Positions 26,749-36,314 of a DNA stretch of 64,000 nucleotides are shown in pieces; the stretch's first letter is position 1; every line of letters starts with the position of its first letter. A program made the position numbers and the translations under genes. Under the pieces are notes generated by a model. That model was not told where the DNA came from. It made no database searches and worked only from the letters and a program-made list of their open reading frames with translations. Location: the IMG/VR virus record IMGVR_UViG_3300024268_000027. The stretch is one strand, 5' to 3'. Source of the stretch: an uncultured virus (IMG/VR IMGVR_UViG_3300024268_000027) (Duplodnaviria; Heunggongvirae; Uroviricota; Caudoviricetes).

Positions 26749-28369
26749 ACCACAGATTTGCCTTTGTTGGTAGTGCTTCAAATATATAATCCTGCATAAT
26801 CATCTGAGTGGATCTTTTTCCAGCAAAGAATGACTCGTCAAGAGTTCCGACTGCAGAAAGAACTCCTTCATCGGCAATATCGTCCCACTTATTAAAATTC
26901 CAGTACAAGAATTTCATGTCAGGAACTTCAATACAAAGATGCTTTCCTTGAGACATTGGTTTAACAGTATATTTTGAAACATTCTCAATTAGCACTTTTA
27001 TTGTTGGGAACCCGGGCCCTGCTATTCTGTTGAATTCACGCAGCTTGCCAATCAGGAATGGTGTTATCTGCATACGCTCAACATATAGATCAATATCTTG
27101 TTCTGTTGTTACAGTCATTCCTGTTAATGCATTTTCTATGTGATCTTGTAATGCGACAAAGTTTTCAAAAGGAATCAGGATTCCAGCTGAATTCTCATGG
27201 CCTGCGCACTCACCAAGACCAGAATCATTAACAATCTCACTGAAATTATCAACTCCAGTGGCTCGCATTGACCCTGCGTACCCCCTATCGGTTTCTCGTA
27301 CAACAATAACAGGTCTGTTCCACTTATCTGATGCTTTTGTTGCCAGAAGTCCACCAAGGGTTCCACAGGTTTCATCAACAATGAAATACATGCACTTCCT
27401 GTTAAGCTGCTCTTGTGCCTGTTCTTCAAATCCTTCAAACAACTCAGCAACAAGAAGTTTCTGCTTCTCTTTTATTCTTGTTAACGACTTAACAATCTTT
27501 TTTGCATCTGCAGTATTATCAACAAGAAACAGATCAAGTGCAAGTCTGTTATCGTTCATTCTGTTTGCAGCATTAACAAGAGGAGCCACGGAAAATGCAA
27601 TTGAGTCAGCGTTCATTTCGTTAGTTCCAAGTACAGCACGCAATCCAACATTACAAATGTATGCCATACCCTTGTCGCAGATTTCTCGATTTTCCATTGA
27701 CTCAGTGCCAACGCTACAGACATCTGCTATGATTCCAACAGCAGCAAGATCCATCAAGTCAGATGCGTAGTTTTTCTTCATAAGTTGATCAACATAGTTT
27801 ACAAACTTCCAAGTTACTCCGCTACCACTAAGATGCGGATTTGGATATTCATTTGCTGAACTTACAAGATGAATCTTTTCTTGATTGGCAAGAATTTCTT
27901 CAGATGGAATATGATGATCAAGAACAATTAGATCAATTCCTGCTCCAAGAATAATATCATATTCCCGCATTGTATCATTGATAGAATCAACAACAATTAC
28001 AATATTTTCATCACCATACGGACGATCAAAGAACTCATCCGTTACACCGTGTTCTTTCTTATTGTTAATGTAAACTTCAATGTCAACATCAAAATTACGC
28101 AAATAGTGACATAGAATTGCTGCGGAGGAACATCCGTCAGCATCAACATCTGCATAGATCAAGAATTTACTATGCTTATCAATATGCTCTTGAAATAGTT
28201 TTCCAGCAGACTCAATATTTTTTAGATCAGTTGAAGGAAATATATATCCTTCTGGATGCATAAACACTTCCGGGTTATCAATTCCCCTACTTGCCCACAA
28301 CTGATTCATTATCTGATTAACAGGCGTTCCCTGTCCATTTACTTTTACATTCCAAGTCGATTTTCTCAT
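26747..28369 (-). CDS. recJ: single-stranded DNA exonuclease RecJ (DHH family)
   Basis: DVDADG, VVD, LDHH, LSGSGV, AAVGIIAD, NAANRM, GSMR, GHENSAG. Confidence 0.92.
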   Translation of the reverse strand: MRKSTWNVKVNGQGTPVNQIMNQLWASRGIDNPEVFMHPEGYIFPSTDLKNIESAGKLFQEHIDKHSKFLIYADVDADGCSSAAILCHYLRNFDVDIEVYINNKKEHGVTDEFFDRPYGDENIVIVVDSINDTMREYDIILGAGIDLIVLDHHIPSEEILANQEKIHLVSSANEYPNPHLSGSGVTWKFVNYVDQLMKKNYASDLMDLAAVGIIADVCSVGTESMENREICDKGMAYICNVGLRAVLGTNEMNADSIAFSVAPLVNAANRMNDNRLALDLFLVDNTADAKKIVKSLTRIKEKQKLLVAELFEGFEEQAQEQLNRKCMYFIVDETCGTLGGLLATKASDKWNRPVIVVRETDRGYAGSMRATGVDNFSEIVNDSGLGECAGHENSAGILIPFENFVALQDHIENALTGMTVTTEQDIDLYVERMQITPFLIGKLREFNRIAGPGFPTIKVLIENVSKYTVKPMSQGKHLCIEVPDMKFLYWNFNKWDDIADEGVLSAVGTLDESFFAGKRSTQMIMQDYIFEALPTKANLW

Positions 28370-30357
28370 TCACTAACCTCGTAGTTACCATTCAAGTAAG
28401 CTCTAAAATGTTCTTCCCGAATAACTGGAATACCTAATTCCTCAGCCTTCTGCTGCTTACTTGATTTTCTATTTGAGTTGTCACAGTCTCCAATAAACAG
28501 AATATCAGTTTTCTTTGTTACACCACTAACAAAGATTCCTCCACAAGCTTCAATTTCTTTTTGAATGTCTTTTCGAGGATATTCAAAAGTACCTGTAATG
28601 CAGAAAGTTTTTCCATTGATTGGACTGGAGCAGTCTACAACAACTGGTTTACTATCCTGTTTGATTGTAGTGTGCACACAAACATCAAGTAACTGATCTT
28701 TGTTCAACTCAAACCACTGATGGATAAGTTCATTTGAACGCTCACCGAAGCCATCAAGTTTACTAAAATCAAACTTTGTTGTAAGAGCATCCAAGAATTT
28801 ATTTAGATCGCCATCAAAAAACTTTGAAATTTTCTTAGCAGTATCTAATCCGACACCGTCAATGCTAACAGCCGCAATCAATCTTTCAAGCGTAACATCT
28901 CTTGATTTCTCAATGGATGCAAGCATCTTGTCAATTGAAGATTTTCCAAATCCAGGAAGAGTTATTAGTCTGGGTGCATAATTCTTGAGTCGATAGATAT
29001 CACTAAATTCCTTCAAGTATCCAAGCTCAATAAACTGAGCTAAAGTTTGCTCTCCAAGGCCATCGATATCCATTCCTTGCTTCGAAACAAATGTGCACAA
29101 CTTTCCAAGTAACTTGCCCTTACAGTTCGGATTGTTACACTTCAGCATTTCAGAATCATTATCTTGTACTCGAATAGTTAAGCCTCCGCAGACCGGACAA
29201 GAATCAGGAATGATAAAATCTTCCTCACCGTCATTATCAGTTGAATCAATTTGAGGAATAATCATGTTTGCCTTAAATACTCTTGCAGTACAATTCTTAC
29301 GAACATTTAATTGAGACATGATGGTTAAGTTATGTAAACTTGCTCTACTGACCTCAGTACCATCAATTTCAACTGTATCAAAGATTGCAGTAGGTGTAAG
29401 TACACCAGTCTTTCCCATAGTCCAATCTATACTACGAACTACAGTATCATACAGTTCGTCATAAAATTTGAATGCAATCTGACTCTTCAAATGATGAGAA
29501 GTCATTCCTTGAGCTTCAGCAAACTTAACATCATCGAAACCAAATACACAGCCATCAATAGGATAAGCACAGGTATCAGCCAGTTGCTCAATGAAATCAA
29601 CTGCCCACTGGCAACCATCTTTTGTAATCTCAGTTAAACAAACATGAGGAACAATTGTAAATCCGAGACTTTCGAGTTTTAACAATCCTTCGCTAAGAGT
29701 CTTGTTGTTCAATCCTTGAATTGGTTTCCAAGCAACAAATTGAACGCCTCGTTTCGAACATTCTGAACTATCCAGCAATCTTACGGATCCTGCGGCAAGA
29801 TTTCTTGAGTTCTTGTATTTTCTACCTTTGTTATCAACAAATTTTTCACGAACTCTTTCAAATGTAAGATCATCAATGATTAACTCTCCATCGATAACTA
29901 CAATTCCGTTCTGATTTATCTGCTGAGGTACTCCATCAACAGCCCTCATGTTATGTGTGATATCTTCACCCTCAACACCGTCACCGCGTGTTTCAGCACT
30001 AACAAGTTTTCCATCAACATACTTGATGCTGCATGTTAGACCGTCCATCTTTGCCATAACAATAGTTTCTTTGTTCTGTAGGAACTTTACAATTTCGGTG
30101 ATGTCTTTTGTCTTATCAAGAGACAACATAGGATGATCATGCTTAACCTTCTTCAATGCTGACTTTACTTCATAACCAACAGTTCTTGTTGGTGAGTTTG
30201 CAAGAACAATTCCTGTAGTTCTTTCAAGCTCTTGAAGCTGATCCATCAAGTTATCGTATTCAAGATCTGAAATCAAACTTTCATTATCATTGTAATAAGC
30301 ATCTCTATACTTATTCATGTTTGCAACAAGTGATTTCATAGCTGCAATATCAGTCAT
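28366..30357 (-). CDS. ligA: NAD-dependent DNA ligase
   Basis: HPMLSLDK, KMDG, TRGDG..GEDIT, RNLAAGS, Zn finger CPVC, HhH, BRCT. Confidence 0.96.
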   Translation of the reverse strand: MTDIAAMKSLVANMNKYRDAYYNDNESLISDLEYDNLMDQLQELERTTGIVLANSPTRTVGYEVKSALKKVKHDHPMLSLDKTKDITEIVKFLQNKETIVMAKMDGLTCSIKYVDGKLVSAETRGDGVEGEDITHNMRAVDGVPQQINQNGIVVIDGELIIDDLTFERVREKFVDNKGRKYKNSRNLAAGSVRLLDSSECSKRGVQFVAWKPIQGLNNKTLSEGLLKLESLGFTIVPHVCLTEITKDGCQWAVDFIEQLADTCAYPIDGCVFGFDDVKFAEAQGMTSHHLKSQIAFKFYDELYDTVVRSIDWTMGKTGVLTPTAIFDTVEIDGTEVSRASLHNLTIMSQLNVRKNCTARVFKANMIIPQIDSTDNDGEEDFIIPDSCPVCGGLTIRVQDNDSEMLKCNNPNCKGKLLGKLCTFVSKQGMDIDGLGEQTLAQFIELGYLKEFSDIYRLKNYAPRLITLPGFGKSSIDKMLASIEKSRDVTLERLIAAVSIDGVGLDTAKKISKFFDGDLNKFLDALTTKFDFSKLDGFGERSNELIHQWFELNKDQLLDVCVHTTIKQDSKPVVVDCSSPINGKTFCITGTFEYPRKDIQKEIEACGGIFVSGVTKKTDILFIGDCDNSNRKSSKQQKAEELGIPVIREEHFRAYLNGNYEVSE

Positions 30358-30388
30358 AGATACCTCCGTATCACTCTTATATATGCTG

Positions 30389-30419
30389 ATTATAATAGAA
30401 ATCTATTGATCAATCAACT
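30389..30419 (-). promoter_or_regulatory. phage consensus promoter
   Basis: AG-TTGATT-N17-TATAAT. Confidence 0.8.
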
Positions 30420-30424
30420 ACAAA

Positions 30425-30453
30425 AATGAGCGGTGAGTTATTCACCGCTCATT
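30425..30453 (-). terminator. intrinsic terminator after the nrd operon
   Basis: AATGAGCGGTGA / TCACCGCTCATT plus U-tract. Confidence 0.85.
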
Positions 30454-30456
30454 AAC

Positions 30457-30651
30457 TTACTCTTCTGTTTTTACATACAATCCGCAATGACACTCACCTG
30501 GCCCCGACTGTTCAACAAACTCCTTGCACATACATTTTGTCTCAGGAGTTTTTGTTAATCTGCAAGGACAGTAGCCATCATTCTCTTTCAACTTTTCACG
30601 AATTGTTTTAACTAGTTCAACATCTGAATTAACTTTGATTCTCATCAACAA
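30457..30651 (-). CDS. ferredoxin-thioredoxin reductase catalytic-subunit-like protein
   Basis: GYCPCR...CMC...CHCGLYVK (CPC/CxC/CHC). Confidence 0.85.
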   Translation of the reverse strand: MLMRIKVNSDVELVKTIREKLKENDGYCPCRLTKTPETKCMCKEFVEQSGPGECHCGLYVKTEE

Positions 30652-31130
30652 ATCCTCTCAGCATATTGATTATCACTTGCAAGATATATTCCAAGTACGT
30701 CATCAAAATGCTTCTGTTGATCTGGAATAAATCTTCCAAACTTGATAACGATATTACTACTGTTATTTTTTAACCAATCCACCAGAGGTTGTATTTCATC
30801 CTCATTGTATCCAGTGTAGATAACAATAGTATCATTTGTATGCCTTCTAAATTCACCAACAAGTGCAACAACATCAATCCAGGAATCAAAAGGCTCAAGT
30901 CCTCCGAAAACAACTGAGGTTGTAATCGAGTTTTTCATGTACCTCTTAACAATCTTTTCAGGATCAATTTCAATGTCTTCGCTTAGAGCCATTGAGCTAT
31001 TCTGACACATCTTCTTTCCGCACTCTTCTTCACATTTGAAAGAGCATCTGGGAAACCCGATGAGCATACAAGGCTCTTTGTAGTTAGTGAAATCTTCATC
31101 TCTAATCGTCTTAATAATCATATTAGTCAC
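30645..31130 (-). CDS. nrdG: anaerobic RNR activase (radical SAM)
   Basis: C..KC...CQN, GGLEPF, IYTGY, KFGRF, LASDNQ; adjacent to nrdD. Confidence 0.88.
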   Translation of the reverse strand: MTNMIIKTIRDEDFTNYKEPCMLIGFPRCSFKCEEECGKKMCQNSSMALSEDIEIDPEKIVKRYMKNSITTSVVFGGLEPFDSWIDVVALVGEFRRHTNDTIVIYTGYNEDEIQPLVDWLKNNSSNIVIKFGRFIPDQQKHFDDVLGIYLASDNQYAERIC

Positions 31131-33114
31131 TAATCAATGATGCTTGTCCCTTTATCACAGCAGTATCATACCACTGGCGAGCATTGAATTCCTTTTCACG
31201 CGGTTTAGAATATGCCTTTGAAGGAGTCAAGAATCCGACAACTCTCTGATAAGTATCATAAACTGGCTTACCACAAGTAGGACAAATGTCAGTTCCAACA
31301 AACGCGTGTCTATCTTCACAGACATTGATTCTTGTGTTGAAGCAGAAATAGATAACATCTTGAGTAGCAATGTAATTCAGCATATTCCAGGCTTCGTCTG
31401 TTGTTGCAAAATTACTCTCAATGTTGATATGAGCAATTGCACCACCAGAACACTTGTTATCGAGAATTGCTGCGGTTCTAACCTTTTCGTTGATTGTACA
31501 CTTAGCAGTTAGAGGAATCCACTGATTTGAATAGATCTCAAAATCATCTACATTGTAGAGGGTGCTATCTTTACCACAAAGAATAACAGCTGCTCTCTCT
31601 GCAGGTACTGACTCAATGTTAAATGAATACTCGTCAGTGAACTTATCCTTAACAGAGTTCAATACTCCAAAAATCTTATCGGCGAACGCAAGACCTTCAT
31701 CTGTATAGAACTTGTTACCGAATTCATCTTCTTCGATGTATCCGAACTTAACCATTACTTCATACAGACCAAGAATACCGATAGTACAGTACTGTTTATC
31801 AAGCTCAATGCCACCATCGCAATAGTTAGGGAGCAGTCCCTTTTCAATGTTTCTTGAAATGATATGACGAACTCTATCAAGAGTCTTGCAGCAAAGATTT
31901 GTTCTCTTTTTTAGAATCTTTAGATATTCTTTCTCATCAAGATTATCTTCAAGCTCATAAACAATGTGCATCAAGTTGATTGTGTTAACTTTGATACTAC
32001 CGATAGAAAGAGCGGTGCCACCGATACTGTTAATGAACCCCTTCAGCTTGGATGTATCAGAAAGGAGTCTGCAACAGTTACTTAATGTAGTTACATCATC
32101 ACTCATGAAGAAGTTACTATCATTCCATTTGCAGTTATGGTCAGAACACCAACGAGCAAACTCGTTGTCTGCAAACAAATCAAACTCTTTAGTTCTTAGC
32201 ATACGATCAATATCTTCAGGAGTTAGATCCTTGCGCTTTAACAGTGAGTATGTAAGCACAGGGAATGTAAACATGTTCTCTTCACGAATTTCAGAGACAA
32301 CTTCCATAAAGATCTTTTCATGCTCAATGAAAGTATCAATGTAGTCAATTGCAAAACTACCGTCAGGGAAAACTAAGCCACCAAAGAGAGCTTCGTAGTA
32401 ATATTTGTCAAAGATTGAAACATTAACAAATGCACTCTGATCAGTTCTCATGAAGGGTTGATTCAGTCTGTAGATTAACTTCTGATATGTTTGTCTCAAG
32501 TAGTACTCAGGACTGACCATGTAGTAACCTTTATCAATATCCTTTTTCCAGAAGTACATAGTCCAAAGTAAAATATTAGGAATACCAACTGCACCACTAG
32601 ATCTGTTGCACATAAATGAAATGTATTCAATAACATCATCTGTGAATGTGGTTAAATGAGCAGCGGGTTTATTGTTATAACCAGTTAAGAAGAAAAGACC
32701 CTCTCTGGCTAATCTTCCAAGGTCATATGCGTAACAATACGGGGTATAAGTTGTTGAGGGAGCATCGTGCATATAGAAGCCGCCTACCCACTCTGTTTCA
32801 AGCCACTCTTGAGCAGTCTTGAGACCCCAGCGTTTCTTCATCTCTTGGAAAATCTTACTGAAAGCAATCAACTTATCTGAAGGCTTCCCCTTTTCCAAAC
32901 GAAGTGAAACAATGTCTTTGTTTGAAGCACTTGCATTGTTGTCGATTGTAACTTCTGCAAGGTTCTTCTGAACAAATGAATCAATAAAATCAGAAAAGTT
33001 TAACTGTGAGTTGTGAAAACCATTGAGATATTCAAAATCCTCACCATACTTTGTTACTAGTGCCTCTAAGCAGTTTACAAAGTCTTTGTTTAGCTTTAAT
33101 CCGATGTTATACAT
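31123..33114 (-). CDS. nrdD: class III (anaerobic) ribonucleotide reductase
   Basis: YMHD, PYC, FTFPV, SNCCRL, ESVPAE, CPTCG, glycyl-radical motif YQRVVGFL. Confidence 0.95.
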   Translation of the reverse strand: MYNIGLKLNKDFVNCLEALVTKYGEDFEYLNGFHNSQLNFSDFIDSFVQKNLAEVTIDNNASASNKDIVSLRLEKGKPSDKLIAFSKIFQEMKKRWGLKTAQEWLETEWVGGFYMHDAPSTTYTPYCYAYDLGRLAREGLFFLTGYNNKPAAHLTTFTDDVIEYISFMCNRSSGAVGIPNILLWTMYFWKKDIDKGYYMVSPEYYLRQTYQKLIYRLNQPFMRTDQSAFVNVSIFDKYYYEALFGGLVFPDGSFAIDYIDTFIEHEKIFMEVVSEIREENMFTFPVLTYSLLKRKDLTPEDIDRMLRTKEFDLFADNEFARWCSDHNCKWNDSNFFMSDDVTTLSNCCRLLSDTSKLKGFINSIGGTALSIGSIKVNTINLMHIVYELEDNLDEKEYLKILKKRTNLCCKTLDRVRHIISRNIEKGLLPNYCDGGIELDKQYCTIGILGLYEVMVKFGYIEEDEFGNKFYTDEGLAFADKIFGVLNSVKDKFTDEYSFNIESVPAERAAVILCGKDSTLYNVDDFEIYSNQWIPLTAKCTINEKVRTAAILDNKCSGGAIAHINIESNFATTDEAWNMLNYIATQDVIYFCFNTRINVCEDRHAFVGTDICPTCGKPVYDTYQRVVGFLTPSKAYSKPREKEFNARQWYDTAVIKGQASLISD

Positions 33115-33117
33115 AAA

Positions 33118-33324
33118 TTATCCCTTCTGCAAATCATTGATGTAGGTATTTGCTTCAATAAAATTAAGACACTTACCATCGACTTCCAGAACAGGCATAA
33201 AGTCAAATCCTTTTTCTGTTAGTACATCAATGTTGTCCTGAACGGTGAACTCAACACCGCTGTTTTGTAACTTTGTCAACAGAATTTCGCATCTGGGACA
33301 ATGATTTGAATAAAGAACAATCAT
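33118..33324 (-). CDS. glutaredoxin/NrdH-like redoxin
   Basis: LYSNHCPRC...MPVLEVDG. Confidence 0.85.
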   Translation of the reverse strand: MIVLYSNHCPRCEILLTKLQNSGVEFTVQDNIDVLTEKGFDFMPVLEVDGKCLNFIEANTYINDLQKG

Positions 33325-33352
33325 TATTTATCTCCTTGTTTTTGCTATCAAT

Positions 33353-33383
33353 ATTATAATAACTGATCTTACTATGTTCAACT
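33353..33383 (-). promoter_or_regulatory. phage consensus promoter (nrd operon)
   Basis: AG-TTGAAC-N17-TATAAT. Confidence 0.8.
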
Positions 33384-33594
33384 ACCGAGGTTTTATCAAC
33401 ATTGAAGATTGATCACCTCTTGCAACAACTCGACCATACTTGTCTCGTGTTAAATCCGCTCTTTTATCATAACGACCTAGTACTCTTCCGTAGAAGTCGC
33501 GTATAAGTTTATCACCATTGGATTCGGTTTCAATACTTCCGAGAACTCTTCCACAGTAATCACGAACTTGTTGCTTACTTTTCATACTGTTCAC
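33382..33594 (-). CDS. small beta-hairpin repeat protein
   Basis: three RDxxGRV(L/V) repeats. Confidence 0.7.
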   Translation of the reverse strand: MNSMKSKQQVRDYCGRVLGSIETESNGDKLIRDFYGRVLGRYDKRADLTRDKYGRVVARGDQSSMLIKPR

Positions 33595-33607
33595 CTCTCT
33601 GTAAATA

Positions 33608-33964
33608 CTACAGAATTATCTTGTTTATAGAATCAATGATGGGTTCTCTAATATCCGAAAGATCTACAACATCAGCTTGTGTTATCATCTTTTTCGGATC
33701 GTTCAAGAACTTATCAATTGCTCTCATCAGTTTACTTTGATTGAACTCAAAACGAGCATAGTTCATGTTGATGTTAAACGGCAGAATGTCAACATCAGGA
33801 GTGACCGGACCAAAATTGATTTGCTCTGTCCATCCCATATCTGTGCGGATTATGAGATAATATTCTTCTCCAAGATCATTTCGACCCCTGAGAACACACT
33901 CTCCTATGTTGTCAACATCTAACTGAGCATCAACAATAACTCTCTGTAAATACTCAAACGTCAT
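33608..33964 (-). CDS. hypothetical protein
   Basis: 118 aa ORF. Confidence 0.7.
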   Translation of the reverse strand: MTFEYLQRVIVDAQLDVDNIGECVLRGRNDLGEEYYLIIRTDMGWTEQINFGPVTPDVDILPFNINMNYARFEFNQSKLMRAIDKFLNDPKKMITQADVVDLSDIREPIIDSINKIIL

Positions 33965-34569
33965 TGAACTGAATAATCCTTAACAACACATTCATGTGCA
34001 ACGCGGAATTCAAAAGAGCCATCCGGCAATACTTTCTTGTACTCTCTTGAATGGAGTGATCCAGTAACCACAAGTTTTGTGTTTACTGTGAGTTTTGATA
34101 ATTCCTCAGCAAGGCTTCCCCAAGCAATACAAGGAATATAAGAGTTAAGTTTCTTTGTTCCTTCACTAACAATGAGGTTGTTTGCCAGAATGAAGTGGAG
34201 ATTCTTCTTTCCATTTCGAGTTGTCTTGATTGGATCAATCTTACAAATTCTACCGTCAATGTCGATACGATTTGTTTCTTCTTGATCCTCTTCATTCAAC
34301 TCTGGCTGATCAAAATATGTGAACACATACAACTCAACTTTATTCTTACCGTTATCTAACTTCGAAGAATAGGATCTAACATTTCCACAAAGAGCAACTT
34401 CTTGATTATCTGAGTATGGATTCGAAAATTTCTTGAATCTAATATTTATAGTGTCTTCTTTTCCATCTTCTCTGTTAACAATCAAGTTTGCTTTGTTGAA
34501 TTCAATCCCTTGAATTGTGTGTGAAGGCTCAATGTTAGTGAGGATTCCCTTCAATCTAATGTTATTCAT
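33961..34569 (-). CDS. ssb: tandem-OB-fold single-stranded DNA-binding protein
   Basis: Two repeats of N.I.L.G; YIPCIAWG; G.L.SREY.K. Confidence 0.8.
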   Translation of the reverse strand: MNNIRLKGILTNIEPSHTIQGIEFNKANLIVNREDGKEDTINIRFKKFSNPYSDNQEVALCGNVRSYSSKLDNGKNKVELYVFTYFDQPELNEEDQEETNRIDIDGRICKIDPIKTTRNGKKNLHFILANNLIVSEGTKKLNSYIPCIAWGSLAEELSKLTVNTKLVVTGSLHSREYKKVLPDGSFEFRVAHECVVKDYSVQ

Positions 34570-34580
34570 AAAATCCTCAC

Positions 34581-34973
34581 TTAAGTTTGATACATAATAT
34601 AAACATCACCGTTGTCTCCAAGACTGTTTGCCGGAGCAGATGTTCCATAAAATTGTTCATTATCAACTTTTGTTGCAAGATTCAACTTGTGAGCAACTGT
34701 TGCTACATCTGCATTAGTTGCATTTGCAACATTGTTGATTGTTTTTGAATATGTGTTATCAGAATCTCCTCCAACACTGAAAGCCACAACATTTGCAGCA
34801 ACACTAGTGTCTGTAGTTACTTGAGCTACATGTTTAGTAGGAAAACTTGTCTCATGATCCTCTACATACAATCTTTTTGAGACTGCATTGTAAAAAGGCT
34901 CTCCAGCCTCAAGCGTAACTCCTTCATTACTTCTTTTGGAAATTCTTCTTTTAACTTTTACTTTTGTTGCCAT
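34581..34973 (-). CDS. tail-fibre-fragment-like protein
   Basis: L.AGEPFYN...RLYV, NATNA, GTSAPA..LG.NGDVY. Confidence 0.55.
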   Translation of the reverse strand: MATKVKVKRRISKRSNEGVTLEAGEPFYNAVSKRLYVEDHETSFPTKHVAQVTTDTSVAANVVAFSVGGDSDNTYSKTINNVANATNADVATVAHKLNLATKVDNEQFYGTSAPANSLGDNGDVYIMYQT

Positions 34974-34992
34974 AACAATACCTCTGGTTAAA

Positions 34993-35667
34993 TCATTCAG
35001 TTAACTTTGAGTTATCAAGAATAGTTTCACCAGACTTAACACTTATAATGAACTTAGCGGCGTCTTCAATTTGTGACAACTCCTCATCCTGCTTGATTTC
35101 CTCTGCAAGTGCTTTTTGACGAATATCAAGAGACTCAGCGTACATTTGAAGTACTTCTGCCCGCTCTTCATCAGTTGCATTATCATACAACTCGTCAATT
35201 TCTAGCCCAATATCCGAAGTCATCATACCGTTCAGATGATCAATGCAGTGCTGGAATTTCCAAGCTGAAAATCCAACAAGCTTTGTTGATTCAACTTTAC
35301 CAAGGGGAGTCGTGAAGAATAAACTAACCTTGTTGAATCGGGGCATGATGAAAGTCTTGCCAGGAATGCTTGAGCATGTTTCTCTAACAAATTGAAAGTT
35401 GCTGTTATTTTCGATCATTGGATTAACAAATGTTCTGTAATCCTTGTCACCGAATTTCATACAGATAACTCTACGATCATAACCAATCTGTGGAGCTGTA
35501 AGAGAAACAAGATTATGTTCTCTCATTGTTGCCTTCAGAGCAAGAACAATCTCTTGTAACAACTTTCCCTCTTTGCGAGTGTCAATTTCAACCGCCCAGT
35601 TACTAAGTGCAACTTCGTCTGTGATAATTTCTTTTAGATTCTTATCCATAATTCTTCCTACCATCAA
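34993..35667 (-). CDS. def: peptide deformylase-like protein with degenerate motifs
   Basis: SLTAPQIG, FVNP, ETCSSIPG, FQHCIDHLNG. Confidence 0.8.
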   Translation of the reverse strand: MMVGRIMDKNLKEIITDEVALSNWAVEIDTRKEGKLLQEIVLALKATMREHNLVSLTAPQIGYDRRVICMKFGDKDYRTFVNPMIENNSNFQFVRETCSSIPGKTFIMPRFNKVSLFFTTPLGKVESTKLVGFSAWKFQHCIDHLNGMMTSDIGLEIDELYDNATDEERAEVLQMYAESLDIRQKALAEEIKQDEELSQIEDAAKFIISVKSGETILDNSKLTE

Positions 35668-35927
35668 AATTGAGTTACTACTAACTTATATAAATCCTCA
35701 TCAAGATCAGCTTGTAAGCATAACTGATAATCTTCTGAAGCATAAGTTACATTTGTTGTGTGCAATGTAATCTGACTGGTATCTTGAACTTCTTCAAGTT
35801 CACTCTTTTCTAGTAAACTAAAATACTTACCATATTTATTGTAGTCTTCAATATCAACAACATATGCACCATCTTTAGTATATTCACCCTTTTCGGTGAT
35901 TCCTATCTTCTTTAACAGCTCTTCCAA
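35664..35927 (-). CDS. hypothetical protein
   Basis: 87 aa ORF. Confidence 0.65.
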   Translation of the reverse strand: MEELLKKIGITEKGEYTKDGAYVVDIEDYNKYGKYFSLLEKSELEEVQDTSQITLHTTNVTYASEDYQLCLQADLDEDLYKLVVTQF

Positions 35928-35929
35928 AG

Positions 35930-36262
35930 TTACTCTCCTACATGTTTGAGTGCTTCTCGGTTTTCCTCAAGAACGCCCTCCAAACTGTTACCTCTGCTCA
36001 AGGAGTTCAGTAAACGTCTATTCTGAGCTTTATAACGAGGCTGTTTCTTTTTTCTTTCTGGCTGATTCAGCAAAAATATCATGTAAGACCATCGCTCGTA
36101 ATTCTGTTTGATAGGAGCTATCTGAGCTTTCAATCGTTCAATACGCTCAGGTTCAACCATACCTTGTGCAGCTTCTGCTTCCAGATCATGAATATTTTCC
36201 ATCATTTCTTGATACTGTTCGCAGATTTGATCGTAATATTTTCTAACTGCTTTTACTGACAT
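35930..36262 (-). CDS. hypothetical protein
   Basis: 110 aa ORF with GGAG RBS. Confidence 0.7.
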   Translation of the reverse strand: MSVKAVRKYYDQICEQYQEMMENIHDLEAEAAQGMVEPERIERLKAQIAPIKQNYERWSYMIFLLNQPERKKKQPRYKAQNRRLLNSLSRGNSLEGVLEENREALKHVGE

Positions 36263-36314
36263 AAAAGTTTATCTCCTTAACATGTGTTATAATATGATAT
36301 ACAATTCTGTAGAA

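Noticed and set aside
31123..33114. Intron or intein in nrdD (also checked recA, dnaB, ligA)
   Set aside because: Continuous ORFs of ordinary length with no splice motifs
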